Assembly: GCA_011109175.1 (NCBI GenBank)
Contig: RDEW01000003.1
Span: 62,001-126,000, forward strand
Reading direction: 5' to 3'
DNA length: 64,000 nucleotides
From: Dicyema japonicum
Lineage: Eukaryota > Animalia > Dicyemida
Shown: one piece after another, positions 47,530 to 59,399 of the stretch
Numbering within the stretch: the stretch's first letter is position 1
Layout: the number at the start of each line of letters is the position of its first letter
Made by a program: the position numbers and the translations under genes
The notes under the pieces: model-generated
What the model saw: only the letters and a program-made list of their open reading frames with translations
Databases searched by the model: none
What the model was told of the DNA's origin: nothing

Positions 47530-48240
47530 TTATATAACGGCTGCCCTGACTGCGTGGCTATTTCCTCTCATGATGGCGAGCGAGAATCGCTCAAATAACC
47601 AGCAGCGCTCACGAGGGTCTTCTGTTCGTGTAGCGATCCGATTCCTTAGGCGACTCAAGAATTCCAGCTTCGCAGGCGCAAGGGGACCAGACGTCTCAAC
47701 GGCGAGTGGAACAAACAAAAAATCCTTGGGTAGGACCGCGTACTTTTCCCGTTTCATCTTCTCGGCTTTCTTAGCGGCAGAACAGGCTCCAGAGGGACTC
47801 TGGAGTAGGTTGTAAAAGGCAAATGTGTCGGTGCAGGCAACGTCCCAGACAAGAGGTTTCCCGGCTTCAAAAGGGAAGATTGTCATCCAATCTGGTCGTT
47901 TCCCGTCCCGCCTGCAAAGACCGACTGGTTCGAGCGTGGATGGGTGTCAGGCGGCGTCCAAAGCTCGCCTAACGACTTCGTTAAAGTTCATGTGTCTGGG
48001 AAATCTTCCTGCAGGAAAAAAGGTGTAGGCCAAAACAGTGGATCTGGTCTCCGCATCAGCACGGATGTGGAACACAGACTTTTAATCTCAGTCGCAATGA
48101 GATCCCAATACGGACGCATTCATCATCCAGGAAAATACCCAGAACTCAATTGGGAATGGCGTTGAGCCAGGCACCGCTTTCGGAAGACGCCCCCGACAAC
48201 AAACAGGCACAGCAATATTGGCTAGATGACACTAGCGAAT
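47530..48240 (-). mobile_element. 3' part of a CRE-like non-LTR retrotransposon (RLE domain)
   Basis: GRFPRHMNFNEVVRRAL..LEPVGLCRRDGKRPD..PLVWDVACTDT..FVPLAVETSG..FSLAIMRGNS. Confidence 0.8.
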
Positions 48241-48445
48241 TTTTGAAAGAGTTCCATGTTCGAGAATTAACAAGCCAACTAATAATTTAGCTATTCTTTC
48301 TCAAGACAGACTTATCTAAGTTTCCCAAATTTTGTGACGGCCCCAAACGCAGAGTATGATTTCTGAGTCCATCATTTCCTCTATTCACACAAGAAGGGGA
48401 ACAAGGGTTGCATCCATCTTGAGGAAGTGATTTCCTGCAACATAT

Positions 48446-48668
48446 GTAATAATAATGATAACAGCCTTTTCACGAGAGCCATAATATTTATAGCTCCGCA
48501 TAGGCAGGACACACACTTTATTTAAGTAAAGAACAGTTAATTTTAAATAATCGTAGAACCAAGAATAATCTTCACTCCTTTTTTTCTTTTTCTTGTGTGA
48601 GTGTTCTTTCTAGACAATTTAGTTCCGCAGTGATTATCCACTGATGACGGCGTCACTCGTCAAGCCCT
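48446..48668 (-). mobile_element. Family B SINE, 5'-truncated copy
   Basis: High identity to 10555-10760, with a (TTA)n-like tail. Confidence 0.85.
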
Positions 48669-48970
48669 ATATGTGTAAGCGACCAAATTTATTGATTTTC
48701 AACTAATTTAATCGATTGTTAATAAAATGTTAAGAGCTTATACTTATTATGCAATCAATAGATAATCTAAAAGAATCAACGAACGCTCTCTACTCCATAC
48801 AATGAGGAATTTTGATAAATTTAAAAATTATGAATTAAAGTGGAAATCTCATAATTACAATAACAATTATAAAAAATATTAAATTTAATTTTTATTAAAA
48901 ATAATTTAGCGCAATAAAAAATTTATCAATATTTTATTTTGTGGTTAGAGTTTATTTAGCTATCTTAGTT

Positions 48971-49567
48971 ATGACAAAACGCTTCAAAGTAGTAGCCGTA
49001 GGAGACGGAGGTTCAGGGAAGACATGTATTCTGTCGAGATACGCTAAAGATATTTTTCCTGAGGGTTACGTGCCCACCGTTTTTGAAACTTATACAAAGT
49101 TCGTGAACGACGGCAGCGAAACTGTAAATATTTAAGATCACGATTAGTATGAGGTCACTTTGTTTGATACAGCAGGACAGGAAGATTACGACCGTCTCCG
49201 CCCCCTCTCTTACATGGATGCTGAAATCATCTTGATCTGCTATTCTGTTAACAATCAAACCTCTCTTGACAATGTGTTTGATAAATGGAATCAGGAAGTA
49301 AAGAGCTATGCTCCGAACGCCAAGATAATAATCGTGGCCACGAAGGCTGACTTGATTGAGGAAGACCAAATCCTTCATGCTAGTAATGAAAAATCTCAGG
49401 ATATTATGAGAAGGTGTGCGGCTGACGGGTAATTTGTCTCTAAATTCAGATTTATTTCTTGTTCCGCAAAAACAGGATTTCATCTTAATGAACTTTTTGA
49501 TATGGCAATTAGGCTTCACAAAACCTCTCAGAAGAGCAAACATAGTAAAATCTGTGCCGTTTTATAG
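48971..49567 (+). CDS. Rho-family small GTPase (RhoD/RhoF-like), spliced
   Basis: [44 protein letters not shown] box CAVL*. Introns of 24 and 21 nt. Confidence 0.92.
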
Positions 49568-50599
49568 ATCTGATAATCTTAATAGCTAATAATATTTGTG
49601 TCTTGTTTTTTATTTTCTCTCATTAATGAAAATAACGGAAAATTAAGTTGTGAGGTACCCACTTTAGGTTATCCACTCAGTGAGACCACAACCTTCTTAC
49701 TGAGACCTTCACTTTTGTGGTGTCTCCCTGGAGGTGCAACGGACAATTTGACCTTCCAGATCTCTCTAGATACTTCCACAGAATCGTTTGTTTGTTCTTC
49801 CGTTGATATTCCCCTCTCGGATGCGTCATCGCGGAACTAGAATTGGGATTTGTTGACAAATGAACACACAATGATTCTTAGAAGATAGGATCATTTATAG
49901 TTTTAAGATGCTATTTTATGATGGTTTTAAATTTAGTAAAATAATCTGATATGAATCTTCTTAATTTCATATAATTTTACTTTTTGCTACTCGATCGAAG
50001 GTTTTTTTTGCCTTTGTTTCCTATCTTATCTTGCTATATTGGAGTGACGTCATGCGATTTATTTGTCTTAGGTGATGCTCATGCTAGGATGACATGAAAA
50101 ATGATCATTTGTTCTCCTCAACTCCATTATAGAGGTTCACACAGCTGCAAAGACTTTTTCCTCCATTTCAACTGGTTATCAGATCGTGGCGCTTTGTGAT
50201 GCTATGTGGCTGATTGTTTAAACCTTATCTCTCTTTCCTCTGATGACGTCATTGGATCCACATTACTAAGAAGACGCTCAATACCTGATTGGCATTCAAA
50301 AGATCAAATTCTTTATTCCACCTGAAAGCAATTTCGTTTCCTGTGACGACTTGTGGAGTCGACCTCAGCAGAAAAGTCCTCTGAATCACTTTTCTTGGGT
50401 GAAGGTTCTTCTGGAACGCGTCTGGATCAAGGAATTAGTTAGTTTGTTAAAAACCATTGGAATTTACAAATTGTATTAATTGAGAAATAAAATATCTATA
50501 AAATTAATTGTGGCGCGCCATCCGCGTTACAAATTCTATCGTGTTACATTTTGACCTTGAAATTTTATTTTTTTGACACGAATCAACCTTGATATTCAG

Positions 50600-51931
50600 A
50601 TGTTGCCGTTTTTATCAAAAATGCTACTTAAAAATTTAGTACTAACTATTGAAGAGTACAAAAATATTGTTGCTTATTTGGAAAACAATAAGATTGATGG
50701 AAGTTTAACTGGAATGAAAAAGTCCCGATTTCTAAATAAGACAAAATGTTTCTTACTAGAAGACTCTAGGCTAATAACCAATGATGGAACAAAAAATTGT
50801 AATTGCTCAAGATGATTTGGAAACTATGAAGTCTGAATGTCTGAATTTACATTTGAAAACCCATTATGGAGTAAACAAAATGAAAGAATACTCTGACAAC
50901 TATTTTTTTACTATTAAAAGATTTATCATCCGAAAAGTTTGTGCTGAATGTATGGCGTGTGCACAAAGTCAGCCGCTAAAAGCACATATTCCTTTAATAA
51001 ACATTAAAGCGAAAGCACCAAGAGAGCGTTATCAAATGGATATGGTAGATTTGAGTCGATGGTCTGAAGAAAATCATGGTCTCAAATATATTTTTAACGT
51101 AATTGATATTTATTCAAAATTTTGCTTTGCCCGAGCTACTAATTCGAAAGAAGCATTTCTAATTGCTTCTATTTAAAAAAAACATTTTTTATAATTTTGG
51201 ACCTCCTCAAATATTACAATCAGACAACGGAAAAGAATTCAAAAATGAAATAGTTACTTCATTATGCCAAGAATGCAACGTTTTACAGAAGTTTAGTCGC
51301 CCAAGGCACCCTCAATCACAGGGTCAGGTCGAAAGGTGTAACCAAACGTTAACGCGTTGGTTACAAAAAAGACTATTTGTAAAAGGAAATCACGAATGGT
51401 CTACGAGCCTCGATTCAATTGTCTATAATTATAATATAAGTGTTCATTCAGCAACAAAAAAGTCACCGTTTAGCCTATTTCACCGTATTAAAGGGTATAA
51501 TTCATTTATGCGAAATAAAAGTGACTTTAAACTTTATAATGTTTAGATATTGATAAGGATAATGAAGAAGAAATATCAAGTTTGAATAATAAAGATGACT
51601 GTGAAATAAAATCAAATGAAGGTATATAGAAAACATTTTTATTTTAGATGTTGAAATTAACAATGAACAGTATTATCAGAGAATAAAAAGAAAACGAAAT
51701 TTAAATAATGGATCAATGGAAATTGGAGATTCGGTCTTAGTAGCGAAAGACTATAATAACGATCCGAAATATAAAAAAATGAAATTGAATTCATTTTATG
51801 AAGGTTTTTTAAATTTGGTTACAATAGGATTCTTTAAGGTTGAGGAAATAATATCGGGAAACAAAGTTAGAATTAAAAATTCTGAACAAGAAAAAGAAGC
51901 GCTAAAATCCCTAATTAGAGTAATTCGTTAA
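50600..51931 (+). CDS. Integrase-type DDE transposase (HHCC plus rve), with three tiny introns
   Basis: H..THYG...CMAC; YQMDMVD, LQSDNGKEF, PQSQGQVER, YNISVHSATKKSPF. Introns 51521-51546, 51622-51647 and 51804-51827. Two homopolymer frameshifts (~50793, ~51175). Confidence 0.88.
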
Positions 51932-51977
51932 ACTTTTGTAATAAAATTGAATTTCTTTATGTTTATTTATATTAGTG

Positions 51978-52201
51978 TCTATCAAAAAAACAGCGTCCAA
52001 AGGCCAGGGATCTAGTATCTATTAGAAGAAGAACAGCGGCCGAAGGCCGCATAGGGATCTAGTATCTATAGAAGAGAGACGGCGAAGGCCGCATAGGGAT
52101 CTAGTATCTATAGAGAAGAGACAGCCGAAGGCCGCATAGGGATCTAGTATCTATTAGAAGAAGAACAGTAACCGAAAGCCTCATAGGGATCTAGTATCTA
52201 T
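51978..52201 (+). repeat. Tandem array of five 38-45 nt units: TCTAT-(purine run)-GCGGCCGAAGGCCGC-ATAGGGAT-CTAG, joined by TA
   Basis: Units 51978-52015, 52018-52062, 52065-52104, 52107-52147, 52150-52194. Confidence 0.95.
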
Positions 52202-52552
52202 TGTAATTTTAAGGGTTGAATAGATTTATTTTTATTAAATAATAACTTAATTATAAAATTAAATATTACATTAATAATATTAATAAAACAACAGCTATTT
52301 AGCCTAGTGGTTATTTAATTTTTCTAGCTGTGAATTGTGTTAAGTGGATTAATTTCAGAGGATTAATATCAAGGTTGATTGGTGTCAAATTTCAAGGTCA
52401 AAATGTAACACAATAGAATGTGTAACACGGATGGATCGCGACATTAATTAATTAAATTAGCATGCTGAAATGCTTCTAGTGTAAATTTCAAGAGAAACTT
52501 TAGAAAACATAAAAAAATAAAGGAAATGAAGGAGGAGTTAAACATCTTAAGA

Positions 52553-52715
52553 CACTTAATCGCTTTATTGACTCAAAATAAATTTTTTTGTTTTTTGAGG
52601 GAAAAAGGGACCGATCCTTCGACCTCTTCTATTTTCAGCACATTTCACGCTTAATCGCTTTATTGACTCAAAAATAAAATTTTGTTTCTTGAAGGAACAA
52701 GGGACAGATCTTTCG
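52553..52715. repeat. Local imperfect direct duplication (~70 bp)
   Basis: CTTAATCGCTTTATTGACTCAAAA..AAGGGAC(C/A)GATC occurs twice. Confidence 0.8.
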
Positions 52716-54889
52716 AAGCAAAACTTAGTGGTTGTTAATGTTTTCAAGTGACAAATTTCTTATCAACCCGGACAGTATCAACAGCCCGGACGCTATCACA
52801 CACGACATATATTATTATTCATTAATGTGTAGATTTTAAAATTTAGACTTAGTTGTATTTTTTAGTGACGATTTATCAGATTGTGACATATAATGTATGA
52901 GAAATAGGTTAGGAATGCATGATTCAATGCCATATTTGCATGGAGGTTAGATGGCTTCTGATCTTCAGTAGACTTGAGAGATTTTTCAGTAGATTGATTT
53001 TCTTGCATTTGTTAGCACATCTTCGGCATTTTGAGAAGGGTACACCCAGGATTGTTTAGATTTAGTGAAGTTGATTTTGGTATCATTTACCTTGAGTTCG
53101 ACTTTTACACTTCCAAGTCTTTTGTCCGAAATGAAAATTGAGGTGATGGAGTTCCTCGTAATCAATCCGTAATCGATCCAGGAGCTGTTGGTGATGCTAG
53201 GACGTTACCAGATATGTCAAACTCAAATAGCTCCATATCTGGCTGAATTGTATTAGCAGTTCCGACCTCGATCATGGATGACAAGTGTTCAACGGTCAGT
53301 CTAGTTCTGAGAAGATTTTGTTGATGAAGGAAAACAACTGTTGCACACATGGGAACCGAACATTACCATAATCTTGTTGAAAACTTTCTGAAATTTATAA
53401 ACTTTTCAGGAAGGTATGTACCCACTTCGAGGTATTTTACTTGAGTGTAGAATCAGACTATATTCCATCTGTAAGTTTTCATCGAGAATGTTATTTTAAA
53501 TGGGGTCAGTTTGCGCAGTGGTTTTATAAAGACATTTAACATTCCACAAGATACAATTTATTTAAAATTTGTTAAAAATTATCGCCAAGTGAAACAATTA
53601 CAGTATCATGTTACTGAGGTAAGCGACTATTGAAACTAGTGCTCCTCCAAACACGTAGAATCACGCACCTTGTAGGACAGTATCTTTGTTCTGGGAACGG
53701 TCTATAAGAATGAGCGTAAAGTTTAAGTGTACAAACGTCTTCTGACCATGTAAAACGCTCATAACCGTGGCCTGTCAATTTGACGTTATTGACAGAAATC
53801 CACTGCTTTTCTCTGGTGGTCTCGTTTTAATGACCGGGTTCGCCCCAATATCGTCGACTGTATAACGATCCTTTGTGCGCCCGCGGTTGCTGCCAATTAA
53901 CTATTCAGAGAAACTAAATTACAGGGTAACCAGGCTGGTCCTCTTCTTTTAAATTCCCCGCTGGATTATCATATCATGCAAGATGTTTCTACTCCCATCA
54001 ATTTATAGTACCTCGAAAATTGTATCCTTGGAGAGAGCCTTGAAGACGTCATATCGAAAGTAACCTCGATTTCTGAGAATAGGATTGGTTTTGAAGTTAA
54101 CACAGAGAAATATGAAGTGGTTAACCTGACATGAAACAAATGGAAGATATTGTCCCATATGTTCGAACTACTGACCTATTCTCTCTTGAATTCCATGGAT
54201 ATGGAATAGAAAAAATCTAATATGGGAGTTGTTAATCGACAAAAAGACGTTTCTGTGAAACTCGCTGTTAAGTATCCTATTGCAGCGTATAGCCATATGA
54301 TCCACCGATTTTTTTGACTTCTTAAACTGACTAAATAGTGAATTTTTATCCGCAAAAAAAGATTCCTTTCTTGAAGAAGACAATACAGAGCCTTGGATTT
54401 CGGACTATTGTTTCCACTGACCAAGTAATCAGCGGATCCAACAACATCAATATTTTCATCCTCGCAACAATCATAAAGTAGAGCGACACTCTCCTGATAC
54501 TACCCATCAGGGATTTCTGTTGATAGTCCTTGATAGCGTTAAGGCTTACTTGGATGGGGTCCATCTTGTACTTGAAAGAAGGAGTCCTGTAATTGTGGTC
54601 ATATGTTTTTTCGACTTAAATTATATATTTCTAAAAAATGAAACTATTCACTTTCCTGAATTCAAAAAAGTTGCAGAGTACGAATTTGGAAATTTATAAA
54701 TCACACTTATCATCACTCAAAACTGAACTTCTTATTTCCTCATAAATAGTTATGCATGTAAAAACTCAAAAATAGCTTTTTCAAGTTTCTTTTGGCATAA
54801 AATTTCTACACTTTATGGGAAGTGTATGAAGAACTAAGATGATATCCAACACCCTCAAACAAGTTTTTTAAACTTTAAAGTGCAATTGA

Positions 54890-55175
54890 TGCGAGGAAAA
54901 TCAGATTCGACTAAGCAGTGACCTTTTAGATCCTAGAGTCGGTAGATGGAATGAGAAAATCAAATATTTTACAGTAGCACGTGTGAAAAAGTAATAAAAA
55001 TGATAATTTGTTAGTTTAAATGTTTATTAGACGAAAGATTCAATAAAGATCTGATGCTAGAAAATTCCCCTTCGCCAGGATATTTTCTAATAGCAGTCTT
55101 AACATTTTCAAAGACCTTCCTGATTGAACGCAGGATAATAGTTGATAACACGTTAGTATTTTATTCCAAAACTCG
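54890..55175 (+). repeat. Unclassified dispersed repeat; direct copy at 57545-57840
   Basis: Shared TCAGATTC.ACTAAGC, AATGAGAAAATCA, GGATATTTTCTAATA, ACACGTTAGTATTTTATTC. Confidence 0.75.
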
Positions 55176-55199
55176 AAAAATAAAAAATCAATAAAAAAT

Positions 55200-56400
55200 T
55201 TAGGACAGAGTGGGTTCAGAAAGGGACGCTCGACCGCAGATGCTGTTTGATCCCACAGGTGGATATGTGCCATGTGTCAACGATATAGGAGTGATTTTAA
55301 GATTTTGGGAGTGGACATGTCCAGTGCGTTTGACACTGTCAACTGAAAAACATTGTTGGACGTTGCTGGGAGTTTTCTTGATGAGGATGACACAAGACTT
55401 GTCCGTTTCCTATTATCTAACATTGAATTAACTGTACGAGTTGGAAACACAACATCGAAGCATTTCGGGACAACAGTTGAAATACCTCAGGGAGACTCTC
55501 TATCTCCGGTTCTATTCGTCGTATACCTGGAAGCGGCATTGAGAGCTCTTAGAACAAAATGTGAAGGATGCCGATGGAGATTATATATGCAGATGACATA
55601 GATTTTGTGTCAGAAAATGATCTGGAACTTGGACTTTAGAGAAAATCCCTGGAGAATTTAAGAATTGGTCTCTGCGAGTTAATCAGGAAGAAGACTGAAC
55701 ACAAGAATCACAAGGGAATCAAAATATATTGATGAAAATTGGAGGAAAAAAGGAAATTGGGATCCTTACTTGGTGATAGTGAGGACATGATGTATAGAAG
55801 AGTTCTAGCCACTGCCATGTATAAGAAATGGAGTCGACAAATACTAATAAAAACAAATCTAAGAATAAGACTATACAACGCATATATAAAACCGGTGCAT
55901 ATGTACAACTCGGGTACATGGGGGTCACAAAGCTAGAGTTCAAGAAAATGAATATATTTCATCGCAAACAATTAAGCAATTGAATGGGCATAGGTTGGCC
56001 CAAGAAGATTTCAAACATGAAATTATACTCTGTGGCACAATCGAAGCCAATAAGCATCGACATTATTGAATCAAGGTGGAGACTGTTTGTCACGTGCTCA
56101 GAATGGACATAATCGCCCCTGCAAATATAATAATGGACAGTTACTTTAACAATGAGAACAAACCATCATTCAGAGGAAGACCCAGAGTCACTCTAACTGT
56201 GGCTCTGAACAAGGATCTTAATGGGATTAGAAGAAATCTTAAATCTGCAGAAGATCTAAAAGATCTAAAGACAGATGCGCAAAGCAGAGGGCGATGGAGA
56301 CGCCTAGTGAAGAGATTGTAGAACGTGTGGCACAAACGGGACCTTAGTTAATATAACGTTCTTTGGTTCTGTGAAAGTGCTTTTTAATAATAATAATAAA
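55200..56400 (+). mobile_element. 5'-truncated RTE-like LINE (RT to 3' end)
   Basis: GQSGFRKGRSTAD, GVDMSSAFDTV, PQGDSLSPVLF, IYADD, RGRPRVTL, AQSRGRWRRLV*; (TAA)n tail. Confidence 0.85.
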
Positions 56401-56879
56401 AAATTTAGACTTTATTACCTAAAAATTAAATCTTGACTTTGTTGACATTACCAAAAATTTTGACTTTTTGACTTTATTTATATAGCATTTTTAATTAAAC
56501 CACCCAGTAAATGTGCCAAGATTGCGTGGAGACAGAACTGGAAGCACTAGAGGGCACAAAAGTAGTGTGGGGAAAGGGGTTAAAGGAAGAACACCGCCTA
56601 TAATAATGGGGTTACTTAGTAAACTCAAATGGGACCTCAAAAAAATTGAGAAGGGAAAAGGTGGAGTTAGAGGGGGCCATAATTGTGTATAAAAGGAAAC
56701 TCTATACATATGAAAGTCGGTGTAAGAGAAAGAGAAAATAATATGTTTGAATTTAATCGCAGATTATTTTACCGAAAATGGCCATAATGCATGTTCCCAA
56801 CAGGACGCGGAAATGTTTTCCACATGGGGTAGTATATGGGAGGCTTAACCACGCAGAGGAAATGTGTGACAAGTCCCGT

Positions 56880-57285
56880 ACAGCACCGCTCCTTTCTTGT
56901 CGGAAATTTGAGGCGGTAGAGAGATGTCTCCCTAATTGGAAAACGATCGCGGTAGATGAAGTATAATTTCTTTATAAAAAGATGCACTTCATTGCACGAG
57001 TCTATGTGCCGTGTAATAAAGAAAAGCATCACTAACCTGGAAACGATTCCTGATTTGACCTGCACTGGGACAACTTATTTGATCCCAAAGCTAGAAAACC
57101 CTCAGTCTGCAGCAGATTATCAACCGATAACCAGCATTCCAGCCCTGTATAATCTAATGACCAAATTGGTCGCTAGTGAGGTCAGGAGCTTTGTAGCGAC
57201 CAATGGAATTCTCTCCGAGAATCAGTTGGGTACTGTGCGAATTTGTCAGAGGAAAAACAGACTTTGATCAACAAGTGCCTTACGC
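56880..57285 (+). mobile_element. RT fragment of the R4/Dong-like family
   Basis: PNWK...YNFFIKRCTSLH..TGTTYLIPK..DYQPIT..LYNLMTK..ILSENQLGTVR. Confidence 0.7.
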
Positions 57286-58224
57286 GGTCCTATCCGAGGA
57301 TTTTTTGTTTGTTCCATACGCGGTTGAAATGTCCGATCCATTGCATCTTTGACGCTGGAATTCCCGATTTGTCTATGGAATCGGATTTCTATAAGAACAG
57401 GAGATCTCTATGAGCGTTGCTAACTAATTGAGTGAATCTCACTCGCCATCTTGAGAGGGAATAGCCATCCAGTGAGGGCAGCTACTATATAACCCTCAGT
57501 TGATTGTTTCTTTATTTTAAAATAATTCTGTTTCGAACTTATGAAAGGAAATTCAGATTCTACTAAGCTTTAGCTGATCTTATTGATCCAAGAGTCGCTG
57601 ATGAAATGAGAAAATCAGATATTTTTAGTGGCACCTGTGAATGGTAATTGCAGTGGCAGTAGCACCTGAGATTAAAAAAAACTATTTTTTAGTGTCCCAC
57701 ATCAGTTGCACATCACACTCCCTGTGGTTGATTCAAAATCGCTAGGATATTTTCTAATAAAAGTGTTAACCGTTTCAATGACCTTATTGATTGAACAAGG
57801 CATAACAATTGATGACACGTTAGTATTTTATTCAAAAAGCGTCCAAAATAAACTGTGGTTTTGACACTAAAATAAGATTCTCCAGTTATGGAAGAAATCC
57901 TCTGTGGAGAATAGTTCAGATTTTCAAGCCAAAACGTAGTAGGAAACATTGCATGGAGACCGGGATCACTTAATTATGCGACAATTCTTAACTTATTTAA
58001 CATCCTTCGGCAGCTTGTATTGAAATCCAAGATTAGGGAAGATTCTAGATACGAGACTAATTTTGTTCTTGACTCTCCTTTAAATTAAGTATTCAATTAA
58101 AAATTATTAAGTATTTTACGCTAAGCATTAAAATAAACTAAAAATATATTTATTAATTAAATAAACCATAATTTAAATTCCAAATTGTTGGCAATCATCT
58201 TCTCTCCTTAACGGCTTTTATTAA

Positions 58225-58484
58225 CCACGGATACATCGAGAAAGAAGTCATTGTCACAGAAACAGAGTCCGTCCAATGTCATAAAAGTCCATCCAGAACC
58301 TGCATAAAAGGTGGAAGTCGTTCCTATGCAGTTGTGAGAACCCCTCCAGTAGAGTTGGGGAGAGTAAATGATCCTTTTTCGCGCCGCCTGAGGCAGGTGG
58401 ATGATAACCCTCTATTAAAAAAAGAATAGAAGGAACAGAGGAGACAAAAAAAATCTTAATCAACTTGCCACATAGCACCACACT
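58225..58484 (-). mobile_element. Family A non-autonomous element
   Basis: Homologous to 13340-13610; motif copy lacks P4. Confidence 0.75.
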
Positions 58485-58913
58485 AACGTTGGTGCCAGAT
58501 CAAGGATACTAATTAAATGAGTAGATTGAAATACGATTGGGTTACGCAGACCACGTGCGATTTTAATGAAATATTTTAGTGCTTCTCCTAATTAAGCATA
58601 TTTAAACAAATAATTTTTTTGTAATTTATTAATTATAAATAATAATTGAAACACTAGACAGTTAATTGAGTTAAAAGCTTTGTAGTATTCAAGTAACTTT
58701 ATCAAAAATATAAGTGCTATCTTAAGGATTGTCAAAACATGACAAAAATGAAATACAATCCGAGTTGTTATCTAAAGTGTCTCGGAATTTAGATAGCAAT
58801 CACGAGTTAATTTAAAATTGTGAATCATTTACCATAATAATTGTCGCCTAATCCCATTAGTGATTTAGTTAACATAATAAAATCATTGGCACTCCTATAA
58901 CATGCATTTAATG

Positions 58914-59130
58914 ACCCCCGATAAACCGAAAAGAGGTTAAGAGTTAATTAACGCCTAATCAAAGTATATCCCTTCCCACTGTCAAAGTAAAATGCATCCT
59001 TTCTAAGAATCAAGTCGATCGATATCCGTTATTTTGGAAACCCTTCCAGTGAAGTAGGGGAAGATAGATCCAGCCTTTGGGCGTATCCTGAGACAGGTTG
59101 ATCAAGTGACGAATGAAGGTGGGGAGCAGA
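58914..59130 (-). mobile_element. Family A non-autonomous element (more degenerate)
   Basis: Shared GGAAACCC.TCCAGT, CCTGAGACAGGT and the 3' end CCCCG. Confidence 0.6.
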
Positions 59131-59399
59131 AATGAATCTTTAGACAAAGTAGGCAGCGGAGTGGGAATCGAACCCCCAGAGCGACATCACAGACCACTTT
59201 TATATATGACTTTGGTCGCGGAGTTTTTAGAGGCCAATCGATCTTGATATGGAAATACTAAAAATCTAGAAAATATTGATCAGAGATTAATTTTACAAAA
59301 GATACCAAATATTGCGGATCAATCAATTATCAAAGTATGCTTTAATTAATTTCCGTCAAGAAATTTACAATATTAACGAAAACACCGTAAGAATTCTGA

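Larger units (their letters stand above)
50509..52443 (+). mobile_element. Ginger2/TDD-like DNA transposon (Gypsy-type integrase) with TIRs and 5-bp TSD
   Basis: Termini TGT...ACA; imperfect TIRs 50509-50596 and 52365-52443; TSD TTAAT at 50504-50508 and 52444-52448; no RT or gag. Confidence 0.9.

Noticed and set aside
48640-48668. Hammerhead ribozyme (CTGATGA core) in SINE B, also at 10555-10582
   Set aside because: No GAAA after the putative stem II and no stem I/III; it lies antisense to the SINE.
50600-51931. Gypsy LTR retrotransposon remnant or domesticated KRBA2/SCAND3 gene
   Set aside because: Bounded by inverted repeats and a TSD, with no RT, RNase H, gag or LTRs.
51978-52201. CRISPR-like repeat-spacer array next to an integrase
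   Set aside because: The variable parts are short related purine runs, not unique spacers; eukaryotic context; no cas genes.
59150-59225. tRNA gene (minus strand, GGGTTCGATTCCC...GCTGCC)
   Set aside because: Only a T-arm/acceptor-like half is present; no D-arm or 5' acceptor strand. At most a SINE or pseudogene fragment; the same applies to ~9640-9690.
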